The notes beneath the pieces are model-generated. The model worked only from the letters and a program-made list of their open reading frames with translations. It ran no database searches and was not told the DNA's origin. A DNA stretch of 64,000 nt, taken from the sequence record HM114315.1. One strand, given 5' to 3'. The stretch is from Acinetobacter phage 133. The position numbers and the translations under genes are program-made. Shown here piece by piece: positions 1 to 7,118 of the stretch (position 1 is its first letter; every line of letters starts with the position of its first letter).

Positions 1-324
1 CCTACGTTAATATATTTAATATCATTATGATCCATTTTCAGATCAGGCAACAAATTGACCACCGACCAGGTGGGCATCGTTTGAATAGAGACATAACGCT
101 TTTGTCCATTATTAAGACACGCAATAAAACCAGTGATATTTGGATTTTTTACTTACATCCGGAAGTTTATAGAAATCGGATGGGTAAATTTGGCGTTCTG
201 TATACATAACAAATTCCTCATTAATTTAGGACAATATTAAACCAATAAAAATAAAAACGTAAAACCCTAAAACGAAAAACGGCCCGAAGGACCTTAAGAT
301 TTTGTTTCACTTATAATATGGAAT

Positions 325-555
325 TCAGACTGTTTTAATCTGTTCTGTTAACCAGGCGGCAACACGTTTTTCAAGGCGAGACATAGCCTCATTTTTATTT
401 CTGACTGAGCCGTGTTCAGTCCCACAACAAGCAGTTAAACCAGACGGGATATGCGTTAATCGGCATCCAGTAGGGGCTCTATTTAATTCTGTCCAAGCTC
501 GTCCAGTTCGGTACCATTCCACTCGTATATCGCAAGCATCTAAAACATTCATCAT
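325..555 (-). CDS. hypothetical small Cys-rich protein
   Basis: 76-aa ORF with a CxxxxxC...CC..H pattern. Its start overlaps the stop of the upstream gene (TAATG), typical phage gene packing. Confidence 0.4.
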   Translation of the reverse strand: MMNVLDACDIRVEWYRTGRAWTELNRAPTGCRLTHIPSGLTACCGTEHGSVRNKNEAMSRLEKRVAAWLTEQIKTV

Positions 556-1004
556 TATACCACCACAAAAATAACATTAGGATTACCTAATAATGCCATG
601 AATTCATCAAGCATTTGCATAGTGCGGCGTACTATTTTAGTATTGCGTCCCAACATAGATGACATGGACACATCCATAAAAATACGAGTCATGCTTTTAA
701 CTTCTTGTCGCCCGCGAAGCCCATCCGTATTAACTGTATTAATAGTCGAATATAAAAACTTCTTATGTCCCAATCTACGCTGGAAGTCTTCAACCATACG
801 TAAATTCATTCCAACAAATAAATCAGTATTGGGGTTGAATATCTCAGCAAGTGCCCGAGTTGCACCATATTGTCTAGACGCGGAACATATTGTAGTGCGT
901 AATTCAAATAATGCTTGCTCTCGATCAACCAAATGAGACATTTGTTTTAAATTGGTTTCCATACGGGGCTGGACTGTATCCAGGTGGTCTTGTAAGTAAT
1001 TCAT
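555..1004 (-). CDS. hypothetical protein
   Basis: 149-aa ORF translationally coupled to the downstream 325-555 gene. No recognisable motif. Confidence 0.45.
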   Translation of the reverse strand: MNYLQDHLDTVQPRMETNLKQMSHLVDREQALFELRTTICSASRQYGATRALAEIFNPNTDLFVGMNLRMVEDFQRRLGHKKFLYSTINTVNTDGLRGRQEVKSMTRIFMDVSMSSMLGRNTKIVRRTMQMLDEFMALLGNPNVIFVVV

Positions 1005-1153
1005 AATTATCTCCTTATGAATAGCACTTCTGCAAAAATACGTGTGAGCTGCTGCCTCACTTGATGTATTTAGTCTTATCGTTGGATCATCACCTCACAC
1101 GGACCTGATTTACCGGCCAGACTAATTACCGGAAAAATAATTGAATTATTTTC

Positions 1154-1183
1154 AGTTAGGGGGTTTACAACCCAGTTGAATTT
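1154..1183 (+). promoter_or_regulatory. T4-type early promoter (GTTTAC-N18-CATAAT)
   Basis: gtttac at 1154-1159 and cataat at 1178-1183, about 40 nt upstream of the ATG at 1227. Confidence 0.45.
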
Positions 1184-1226
1184 GGACATAATGAACTCAT
1201 ACCAAACAAACACTGAGTAAAACATT

Positions 1227-1664
1227 ATGAAAACTTTAAACACAAACAACGTATTCTTTGCTTTAAACATGTTCTTCGCTGTTGTTGAATTAACAAATGC
1301 GCCGGCTGTTGAATCTGATATTACAGTACGTGCTGATATGTTACAACATCTTAGCGTTACTCAATTGGTTCAAATTGCGAAAAGCATGAACCCAGAGCTC
1401 AAAGTTAACAACAAGCAAAGTCGTGAAATTATCCTAACTGCCATCGAAGCTGAAATGGTTAACTATAACGTTAGAACGGTTGCATCTAAAACTGCTTCAG
1501 GAACTACTAAATCAATCTGCTGGGATGCGTTTGCTACTATCGATATGAGCAATAAAGAAGAAGGCCGCAAAATGGTTGAAAAACTTATTGCTGATCATGG
1601 GTTTTCAAAAGCAGTTGTTCAATCTTATGCTTCTGATTATCGTAAAGCACACCGCACTGCTTAA
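1227..1664 (+). CDS. hypothetical early protein
   Basis: 145-aa ORF, the only plus-strand gene in this minus-strand region. Has its own early-type promoter and is followed by an intrinsic terminator. Confidence 0.5.
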   Translation: MKTLNTNNVFFALNMFFAVVELTNAPAVESDITVRADMLQHLSVTQLVQIAKSMNPELKVNNKQSREIILTAIEAEMVNYNVRTVASKTASGTTKSICWDAFATIDMSNKEEGRKMVEKLIADHGFSKAVVQSYASDYRKAHRTA

Positions 1665-1676
1665 TTCCAGATAGAA

Positions 1677-1705
1677 CAAAGGCCTCAATTGAGGCCTTTT
1701 ATTTT
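1677..1705 (+). terminator. rho-independent terminator
   Basis: aaaggcctcaattgaggccttttatttt: perfect GC-rich hairpin followed by a T run. Confidence 0.55.
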
Positions 1706-1739
1706 GCCCAGTGGTAAGTTCACTAGGTCTTTTTTTATT

Positions 1740-1853
1740 TGGTGTAGAGCAGTGGAATCAAACCACCTCAGCCAAGAACTTTCTTCCGGATTACTCATTC
1801 CACGACGCCGGGATTACAGTCCCGGGACACATCCCTCTGTGAGCAGACTCTAC
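1740..1853 (-). ncRNA. tRNA-like stable RNA (possibly homologous to T4 species 1/2 RNA C/D), about 113 nt
   Basis: Acceptor stem GTAGAGT/GCTCTAC, T-arm GGTGG-TTTGATT-CCACT, encoded CCA and a GCTC D-stem start are all present. However about 40 extra nt sit between the anticodon region and the T-arm, and the internal hairpin ccggg-actgtaa(t)-cccgg does not fit a canonical anticodon arm. Confidence 0.35.
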
Positions 1854-1863
1854 ATAATTTGGC

Positions 1864-1935
1864 GGCGCCGTGAAGGACTCGAACCCTCGATGGCGGATTT
1901 GGAATCCGCAGTGTTTCCAACTACACTAACGACCC
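1864..1935 (-). tRNA. tRNA-Trp (anticodon CCA)
   Basis: Hand-folded cloverleaf: acceptor GGGTCGT/ACGGCGC, D-stem GTGT/ACAC, anticodon arm GCGGA-TTCCAAA-TCCGC, T-arm GAGGG-TTCGAGT-CCTTC. Confidence 0.6.
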
Positions 1936-1939
1936 TTAA

Positions 1940-2626
1940 TTATTTAAACATTTTTCGACCTTTAATCCAACCTTTCGGAATAGGGTCATTTTTATTTATT
2001 CGAGTAGATTTTCGCTCTTCTAAAGAGTGAATCCACATTTTACCAAACTGTGAATTTTTTTCGCCTTTCTGATGTTCTATTTCTGTAAAGGTTTTCTTGA
2101 CTTTTTCAATCGATTCAGGCTTATGTCTTCGTCCCGACCACGGGTGACCGTTTTTATCGAAAGCATCTTTTATTGAATTTGAAACAAGTTCTCTATACCC
2201 TGGGTTAGTCCACATTTTTATAGCAGATAAGCTCATATTAGAAATAAACTTTTCGTTATAGCCTGGTATTTCCAACCTTTTCCGCTGCCGTGCATTTCCA
2301 GCAAGACGTGCTCTTTTACTCATTTCTTGAGCGTCTTTATTCAGATGATCCCAACCGCCTTGTCCACCCAATTTAATATTGTAAGTATCAGAACGATCAA
2401 TAAAATCCTGGTCAACAATTAAAGATTCAATTTCAAACATCTCTTCTTCAGAATCGTGCATCATCAAAATATCTTTCTTGAAATTTTCGATACCGTGTTT
2501 TGAAATAGATCTTTTTAAAATTTTACCTGAGCCCATGTAGCCGTCTTCAAGATTTGCGGTCTTATGAACTCCGACATAAATTTTACCATTTATCAAGTTG
2601 GTAATCTTGTACGTGTAAAAATGCAT
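1940..2626 (-). CDS. segB: GIY-YIG homing endonuclease, SegB-like, embedded in the tRNA cluster
   Basis: N-terminal YTYKITNLINGKIYVGVHKT...YMGSG is the GIY-(10)-YIG motif. It sits between tRNA genes exactly as T4 segB does. Confidence 0.75.
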   Translation of the reverse strand: MHFYTYKITNLINGKIYVGVHKTANLEDGYMGSGKILKRSISKHGIENFKKDILMMHDSEEEMFEIESLIVDQDFIDRSDTYNIKLGGQGGWDHLNKDAQEMSKRARLAGNARQRKRLEIPGYNEKFISNMSLSAIKMWTNPGYRELVSNSIKDAFDKNGHPWSGRRHKPESIEKVKKTFTEIEHQKGEKNSQFGKMWIHSLEERKSTRINKNDPIPKGWIKGRKMFK

Positions 2627-2678
2627 GAGTATCCTCGAATTGTAACGTTACAAGGATATTTATACTCATGCAATAATT

Positions 2679-2754
2679 TGGTGGTAATTGGTGGACTCGA
2701 ACCACCGACCTACGGATTATGATTCCGCTGCTCTACCTACTGAGCTAAACTACC
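2679..2754 (-). tRNA. tRNA with CAT anticodon (Met or Ile2/lysidine)
   Basis: Acceptor GGTAGTT/AATTACC plus encoded CCA, D-arm GCTC-AGTAGGT-AGAGC, anticodon arm GCGGA-ATCATAA-TCCGT, T-arm GGTGG-TTCGAGT-CCACC. Confidence 0.6.
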
Positions 2755-2760
2755 GGAAGC

Positions 2761-2830
2761 GAGGACACGATTTGAACGTGCGCGTAAGAGGTTATGAGCC
2801 TCTCATTCTACCAGGCTGAAGTTACCTCGC
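2761..2830 (-). tRNA. tRNA with CAT anticodon (Met or Ile2)
   Basis: Acceptor GCGAGGT/(T)CCTCGC, anticodon arm AGAGG-CTCATAA-CCTCT, T-arm GCACG-TTCAAAT-CGTGT. Confidence 0.5.
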
Positions 2831-2937
2831 AATAATTTGGACGGGTTTTTGAATTTAAGTACGGACTGATTGGTCATGCTAAACTTAAATCCGTGGATTT
2901 CCTGCAATCCACATGCCATGTGCGCAATTGGCAATTT

Positions 2938-3011
2938 GGCAGACCCGACGGGTTTCGATCCCGCTACCTCCCGCGTGACAGGCGGGTGCTCTTCCGATTG
3001 AGCTACGAATC
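2938..3011 (-). tRNA. tRNA-Asp (GTC)
   Basis: Acceptor AGATTCG/CGGGTCT (two G-U pairs) plus G and CCA, D-arm GCTC-AATCGGA-AGAGC, anticodon arm CCCGC-CTGTCAC-GCGGG, T-arm GCGGG-ATCGAAA-CCCGT. Confidence 0.55.
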
Positions 3012-3018
3012 TATAATT

Positions 3019-3231
3019 TTACATCAAACATAAACTTGTAGCAACCCATTGATTTTGACGGGTCACATGATCAGTAGCGCTTGTTTCATTTGATACTCTA
3101 TGCCCAATTGGACTGGAAATATCTGGTTTTGATGAACGGTGCCCAGTTAAAATACCGGGTATTTTAACTGTTCGATTTGGATAACGAACTAGGCTAAAAT
3201 CTTTCTTGAGCTCGGATTCATATAAACTCAT
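3019..3231 (-). CDS. hypothetical small ORF (doubtful)
   Basis: 70-aa ORF between tRNAs with a weak ribosome-binding site. Confidence 0.2.
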   Translation of the reverse strand: MSLYESELKKDFSLVRYPNRTVKIPGILTGHRSSKPDISSPIGHRVSNETSATDHVTRQNQWVATSLCLM

Positions 3232-3250
3232 CTTATACTCACTTAAAAAA

Positions 3251-3324
3251 TGGAAGTCGCAAAAGGAATCGAACCTTTACTAACAGAGTCAAATTCTGTG
3301 GTGCTACCGTTACACCATGCGACA
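3251..3324 (-). tRNA. tRNA-Gln (TTG)
   Basis: D-stem GTGT/GCAC, anticodon arm ACAGA-ATTTGAC-TCTGT, T-arm AAAGG-TTCGATT-CCTTT, CCA encoded. Confidence 0.55.
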
Positions 3325-3416
3325 ATTATTAGTTTTTGATCTGTTGAACTATAACAACAGCTCGATGGTAAGTTCATCGAGTCTCAAGAAGTGTATTTCT
3401 ACACTTAGACTAAAAT

Positions 3417-3493
3417 TGGTCTCCCATGTTGGATTTGAACCAACGACATCTTCTTTCCAAAAGAAGTAGGCTACCAGACTGCCCTAATGAGAG
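3417..3493 (-). tRNA. tRNA-Pro (TGG)
   Basis: Acceptor CTCTCAT/ATGGGAG, D-arm GGGC-AGTCTGGTA-GCC, anticodon arm CTTCT-TTTGGAA-AGAAG, T-arm GTTGG-TTCAAAT-CCAAC, CCA encoded. Confidence 0.6.
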
Positions 3494-3499
3494 ATAAAA

Positions 3500-3575
3500 T
3501 GGTCGTCGAGGCTGGATTCGAACCAGCGACCACCGGATTATCGGTCCGATGCTCTACCAACTGAGCTACTCGACG
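3500..3575 (-). tRNA. tRNA-Ile (GAT)
   Basis: Acceptor CGTCGAG/CTCGACG, D-arm GCTC-AGTTGGT-AGAGC, anticodon arm TCGGA-CCGATAA-TCCGG, T-arm GCTGG-TTCGAAT-CCAGC, CCA encoded. Confidence 0.6.
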
Positions 3576-3820
3576 GTAATATGTACTTTATTGTCAATGC
3601 GTACTATTCGGAACTTGCCATGGGGCAAATAAAAAACATCATAAGACTTACCACAGTATAAAACGGGTTCACGTATAACTGGGGCATTTGAATATTGTTC
3701 TTCAATGCAGTTAAATCCATGATTACGAAGTTGTTGAACAACTTCAAGTGATGTTTTATGACAGTGTTTAATAACAAGGCCAGGTTTTGTTCTAAATAGA
3801 CCAAACATAAAAATACTCAC
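3566..3820 (-). CDS. hypothetical small ORF (doubtful)
   Basis: 84-aa ORF between tRNA-Ser and tRNA-Ile. Its 3' end overlaps the tRNA-Ile 5' end by about 10 nt. Confidence 0.3.
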   Translation of the reverse strand: MSIFMFGLFRTKPGLVIKHCHKTSLEVVQQLRNHGFNCIEEQYSNAPVIREPVLYCGKSYDVFYLPHGKFRIVRIDNKVHITVE

Positions 3821-3824
3821 AATA

Positions 3825-3915
3825 TGGAGGTAAGACTGGGATTCGAACCCAGGGACGCCCGAAAGCGTCAGTGGTTTTCAAGACCACCGCAATAAGCCAG
3901 ACTCTGCCACCTTAC
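3825..3915 (-). tRNA. tRNA-Ser (TGA), type II with long variable arm
   Basis: Acceptor GGTAAGG/TCTTACC, anticodon arm GTGGT-CTTGAAA-ACCAC, variable hairpin GACGC-TTTCGG-GCGTC, T-arm CCTGG-GTTCGAATC-CCAG, CCA encoded. Confidence 0.55.
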
Positions 3916-4223
3916 CATTATTAGCTAATTAAACCTCAACGAGGAAATCTTACGCTAGACAAGTTACCCTTCCCGGGATTGCCTAAACACGGCCTGGATT
4001 ATTAGTCCACGCTATAACGGATTTTACAAATTATGTCGGTTAATGATCATAAATCACTAAACGAAATAATCTAAATGTGCCTACCAGGAAAGCAAATTAC
4101 GTGCAAGCACAACCTGGTCATTGGTCACATACTGTTAGGGTTGCTCCAAACCGACTAAGGTTCGTAAGGCCCCAGATTGTGTTCATCATCGGCTGATCAA
4201 TGCCTAGAAACAATCTTAACAAT

Positions 4224-4299
4224 TGGCTCCCCAGGTACGGTTCGAACGTACGACCAACGCAGTAACAGTGCGTCGCTCTACCAACTGAGCTACTGAGGA
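4224..4299 (-). tRNA. tRNA-Asn (GTT)
   Basis: Acceptor TCCTCAG/CTGGGGA, D-arm GCTC-AGTTGGT-AGAGC, anticodon arm ACGCA-CTGTTAC-TGCGT, T-arm GTACG-TTCGAAC-CGTAC, CCA encoded. Confidence 0.6.
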
Positions 4300-4305
4300 A
4301 TAATC

Positions 4306-4381
4306 TGGTGCCGTCACTAGGATTCGAACCCAGGACCTGACGATTACAAATCGCCTGCTCTACCATCTGAGCTATAACGGC
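4306..4381 (-). tRNA. tRNA-Thr (TGT)
   Basis: Acceptor GCCGTTA/TGACGGC, D-arm GCTC-AGATGGT-AGAGC, anticodon arm GGCGA-TTTGTAA-TCGTC, T-arm CTGGG-TTCGAAT-CCTAG, CCA encoded. Confidence 0.6.
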
Positions 4382-4382
4382 A

Positions 4383-4458
4383 TGGTGTTCATACGGGGAT
4401 TTGAACCCCGGTTACCAACGTGAAAGGCTGGCGTCCTAGACCGCTGGACGATATGAAC
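4383..4458 (-). tRNA. tRNA-Glu (TTC)
   Basis: Acceptor GTTCATA/TATGAAC, D-arm GTCC-AGCGGTCTA-GGAC, anticodon arm CCAGC-CTTTCAC-GTTGG, T-loop TTCAAAT, CCA encoded. Confidence 0.55.
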
Positions 4459-4459
4459 A

Positions 4460-4543
4460 TGGCGAGTGTGGACCGAGTCGAACGGTCAGTGCTTGCGGCG
4501 GCGGATTTACAATCCGCTGGGGTTACCAATTTTCCTACACACT
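4460..4543 (-). tRNA. tRNA-Tyr (GTA), type II
   Basis: Acceptor GAGTGTG/CACACTC, anticodon arm GCGGA-TTGTAAA-TCCGC, long variable arm, T-loop TTCGACT, CCA encoded. Confidence 0.55.
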
Positions 4544-4571
4544 CAATATACGTTTATTTATAACGCAAAAA

Positions 4572-4647
4572 TGGACCCCCTCACAGGACTCGAACCTGTA
4601 TAAATCGCAATAGAACTACGATGCCTAATCCATTCGGCCAGAGAGGG
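4572..4647 (-). tRNA. tRNA-Arg (TCT)
   Basis: Acceptor CCCTCTC/GAGGGGG, D-arm GCC-GAATGGATTA-GGC, anticodon arm TCGTA-GTTCTAT-TGCGA, T-arm ACAGG-TTCGAGT-CCTGT, CCA encoded. Confidence 0.55.
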
Positions 4648-4743
4648 ATTATTAAGTTTAACCGCAATTTGGACAAGGGAAATAACGTACAGTTTGACCA
4701 CAACCTGAGCAATAATGCCCAATGGTAGAATAAATTTGATACT

Positions 4744-5091
4744 TCATTTTGATTTCCTTTTATTCCAATGACCTAAGTCTTTTATGTGAATAAGTGACTT
4801 AATTACGATAACGCCCGTGTCTTCGTAGTAGTTTCCGAAGTACGCAATGTGCTTTGACTTAGCGATAAAGGAGTTTTTCCCATATCGAGAGTCCCGCATA
4901 TTAACTTTACCCGGAGACATATGACTAGCCATATTAATTGTAGCAGTGGCGAAGTCATTGCGTAGAAAAACTACAGGATTAGTCAATTCATATTTTGACA
5001 TGAAAAGTTTGAAACGCTGAACGATTCGTTGTTTTGCATGACCTGAAAAGTGAACAGGAGCTCGACCGAAATTTGAAAACACTGGACTCAT
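4744..5091 (-). CDS. hypothetical protein
   Basis: 115-aa ORF inside the tRNA cluster, translationally coupled to the 5088-5363 ORF. Confidence 0.4.
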   Translation of the reverse strand: MSPVFSNFGRAPVHFSGHAKQRIVQRFKLFMSKYELTNPVVFLRNDFATATINMASHMSPGKVNMRDSRYGKNSFIAKSKHIAYFGNYYEDTGVIVIKSLIHIKDLGHWNKRKSK

Positions 5092-5363
5092 TCTAATTCT
5101 ACCAATTGTTTTCTTGTAATTTTCGCCGGTCGAAGCTTTAAAACTTTTTGACCTAATGCACCCGCATATATTACAACTAAAGAATGCGTGATATCTTCTA
5201 CAGTATAACGTACATTATCGGTGCAAATGTCATCAAGAGTATTCGCTTCGCGAAAGTCATCATCGGTTAAAACTAAACACGATGTACGTAAGTATTGTCG
5301 CTGTACTTCATTTAACATAATAAATTCCTCATAATATATCCGAGAGGGGAGCAATTGCAACAA
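5088..5363 (-). CDS. hypothetical protein
   Basis: 91-aa ORF whose stop/start (ATGA) overlaps the downstream gene. Confidence 0.4.
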   Translation of the reverse strand: MLQLLPSRIYYEEFIMLNEVQRQYLRTSCLVLTDDDFREANTLDDICTDNVRYTVEDITHSLVVIYAGALGQKVLKLRPAKITRKQLVELE

Positions 5364-5378
5364 GACTCTCGGCTAATT

Positions 5379-5467
5379 TTGGCGGAAAGAAGAGGACTCG
5401 AACCTCAACCGATTTCTCAGTCCACTCGCTTAGCAGGCGGTGCATGTCCCATGACAGTTTACTTTCC
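5379..5467 (-). tRNA. type II tRNA, probably tRNA-Ser (GCT)
   Basis: Acceptor GGAAAGT/TCTTTCC with one mismatch, T-arm GAGG-TTCGAGT-CCTC, CCA encoded, candidate anticodon loop CTGCTAA. The anticodon stem is weak, so the identity is uncertain. Confidence 0.4.
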
Positions 5468-5474
5468 ATAATTT

Positions 5475-5549
5475 TGGAGGTGTCAACTGGACTCGAACCA
5501 GTATCGACGCGGATTTGCAATCCGCCGTATGACCATTCTACCATGACAC
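5475..5549 (-). tRNA. tRNA-Cys (GCA)
   Basis: Acceptor GGTGTCA/TGACACC, anticodon arm GCGGA-TTGCAAA-TCCGC, T-arm ACTGG-TTCGAGT-CCAGT, CCA encoded. Confidence 0.6.
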
Positions 5550-5653
5550 CACGTAGAGGATTCAAACCTCTTAGCACTGTGCGGATTTACGTGAACCATT
5601 CTTTCAATGGAATCGAACCATATACGACCCAGGCAGCGCCTTCCACCTTGGTA

Positions 5654-5730
5654 TTTGGAGCGGTTGACGAGATTCGAACTCGCGACATCTGACTTGGAAG
5701 GACAGCACTCTACCATCTGAGTTACAACCG
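5654..5730 (-). tRNA. tRNA-Gly (TCC)
   Basis: Acceptor GCGGTTG/CAACCGC, D-arm ACTC-AGATGGT-AGAGT, anticodon arm CTGTC-CTTCCAA-GTCAG (one mismatch), T-arm GCGAG-TTCGAAT-CTCGT, CCA encoded. Confidence 0.6.
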
Positions 5731-5738
5731 CAATTAAT

Positions 5739-5814
5739 CTGGTGGGCCCAGCAGGACTCGAACCTGAAACCAACGGATTATGAGTCCGCTGCTCTGCCAA
5801 TTGAGCTATAGGCC
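5739..5814 (-). tRNA. tRNA with CAT anticodon (Met or Ile2)
   Basis: Acceptor GGGCCTA/TGGGCCC, D-arm GCTC-AATTGGC-AGAGC, anticodon arm GCGGA-CTCATAA-TCCGT, T-arm TCAGG-TTCGAGT-CCTGC, CCA encoded. Confidence 0.6.
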
Positions 5815-5820
5815 CTTGTT

Positions 5821-6042
5821 TTATAACAAGTTATTATTGTAAAGCACAATATATGCACCTAACATTATTGCTTCAACTACTGCGATCATGTACAACAGAA
5901 CTAAAATCGCTTTGCGGACATGTTTTGTCCATTCTTCCATATTGGAAGGATTCATTTTATCTAAGGCCGAACATACCAAGCAACCTAGAACAGTATTTAT
6001 GGTCATGAGACCAATGAATACATAAAGAAGTTCAATTTTCAT
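5821..6042 (-). CDS. hypothetical small membrane protein
   Basis: 73-aa ORF with two hydrophobic helices, overlapping the downstream ORF. Confidence 0.4.
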   Translation of the reverse strand: MKIELLYVFIGLMTINTVLGCLVCSALDKMNPSNMEEWTKHVRKAILVLLYMIAVVEAIMLGAYIVLYNNNLL

Positions 6043-6359
6043 AATTTTCTCACATTAATTGAATAATATTTTTCCGAAGCGTTCTCACATAGTGGAGAAT
6101 ATGCTAAACAACGGAAAAACTGTTCTTTAGATTCAATAAAACAATCGTTAGACAAAAAATGCTCTTCGTAACGACAACGCTTATTAATAATAACAAATCG
6201 ATCGAAATCAACTTGTACTTGAACACCAAGCTCAGCAACAGAATAAGTCATTGCAGCAAAGGCCAAGAACGCTTCTTCTCGCGAAGAATAAATATACGCC
6301 AATTTCTTGTGCGTAGCTTTAAAAATAAGAGTTTCTAAAAGAGTCACATTCACACCCAA
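6039..6359 (-). CDS. hypothetical protein
   Basis: 106-aa ORF translationally coupled to the 5821-6042 ORF. Confidence 0.4.
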   Translation of the reverse strand: MGVNVTLLETLIFKATHKKLAYIYSSREEAFLAFAAMTYSVAELGVQVQVDFDRFVIINKRCRYEEHFLSNDCFIESKEQFFRCLAYSPLCENASEKYYSINVRKL

Positions 6360-6518
6360 AATAAAATCCGTGTGATACTGGACGTATGTCCCACGGAGGT
6401 TGATCAGTTACATTGCTAAGTGGTTTCTGACCAGTAATTATTCCAGGTCACTTTCGTCTTGGGTCGTATTATGAACTTAATCATAACACAATAGTCCAAG
6501 AGGTAGACCTGGAAGCCA

Positions 6519-6597
6519 AGTGGCTTTTCAATAAGAACGAAATGATCGGAGTCGAATCCCTGCCGCGGTAACTTGAGCTACACTCCGAACTTATTGA
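6519..6597. other. nested inverted-repeat structured element (candidate structured RNA or protein-binding site)
   Basis: Perfect 16-bp inverted repeat agtggcttttcaataag/cttattgaaaagccac encloses a 7-bp inner inverted repeat tcggagt/actccga and a 29-nt loop. Confidence 0.3.
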
Positions 6598-6628
6598 AAA
6601 GCCACCTCTTACGAGGTAGCCGAATTTT

Positions 6629-6889
6629 TTATGCTTGTGCACCAAGAGCAATTTCAAGTTTTACTGCATTTTCAGCATCAACTTGTTCGATTGCATCCAT
6701 AATAGTGTCGAAGCTTGTGTCAGTATAGACTAGTTGTAGACGACCACGGCCATCAACAAATTCAACAACAGTTTGACCGTTTACAAATTGTAATACGCCT
6801 TTAATTTTCGCTGCGTCAAGTGCAAAGCGAGCAACGTTAGTGTTTTGTGGGATATCAGCAGAAACAACGATAGAGATACGAGTAGCCAT
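6629..6889 (-). CDS. hypothetical protein
   Basis: 86-aa ORF with an adjacent ribosome-binding site. No recognised motif. Confidence 0.45.
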   Translation of the reverse strand: MATRISIVVSADIPQNTNVARFALDAAKIKGVLQFVNGQTVVEFVDGRGRLQLVYTDTSFDTIMDAIEQVDAENAVKLEIALGAQA

Positions 6890-6890
6890 T

Positions 6891-7118
6891 TTAGAGTCCT
6901 TTGATTTGGATTGAGATTTTCACATTTGTGAAACAGAAGCGAATGGCTTCGAGTAAAACACCGAATAAAAATACATAAATTGCATTCTTACCCAATGATT
7001 GAATTTCCGCATTGGTCATTACTGCGCCAAATACGACCGCGATGAGTACCATCAGTAACGATGCTACAAACACTATATTACGCAATTTTTTCAAAGCATT
7101 TAAACATTTGTTTTTCAT
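6891..7118 (-). CDS. hypothetical small membrane protein
   Basis: 75-aa ORF containing a long hydrophobic segment (IVFVASLLMVLIAVVFGAV). Confidence 0.45.
   Translation of the reverse strand: MKNKCLNALKKLRNIVFVASLLMVLIAVVFGAVMTNAEIQSLGKNAIYVFLFGVLLEAIRFCFTNVKISIQIKGL

Noticed and set aside
27-209. 60-aa plus-strand ORF at the window edge
   Set aside because: It overlaps the early promoter and mini-ORF region on the other strand, has no ribosome-binding site and has AT-rich low-complexity translation.
1689-2030. 113-aa plus-strand ORF
   Set aside because: It overlaps the tRNA-like RNA and tRNA-Trp on the opposite strand and runs into segB antisense. No ribosome-binding site.
4118-4366. 82-aa minus-strand ORF
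   Set aside because: It lies entirely within tRNA-Asn and tRNA-Thr and their spacers. It is a translation artefact of structured RNA genes.
5444-5800. Overlapping plus- and minus-strand ORFs of 82 and 105 aa
   Set aside because: They span four tRNA genes (Ser, Cys, Gly, CAT). Composition is driven by the tRNA sequences.
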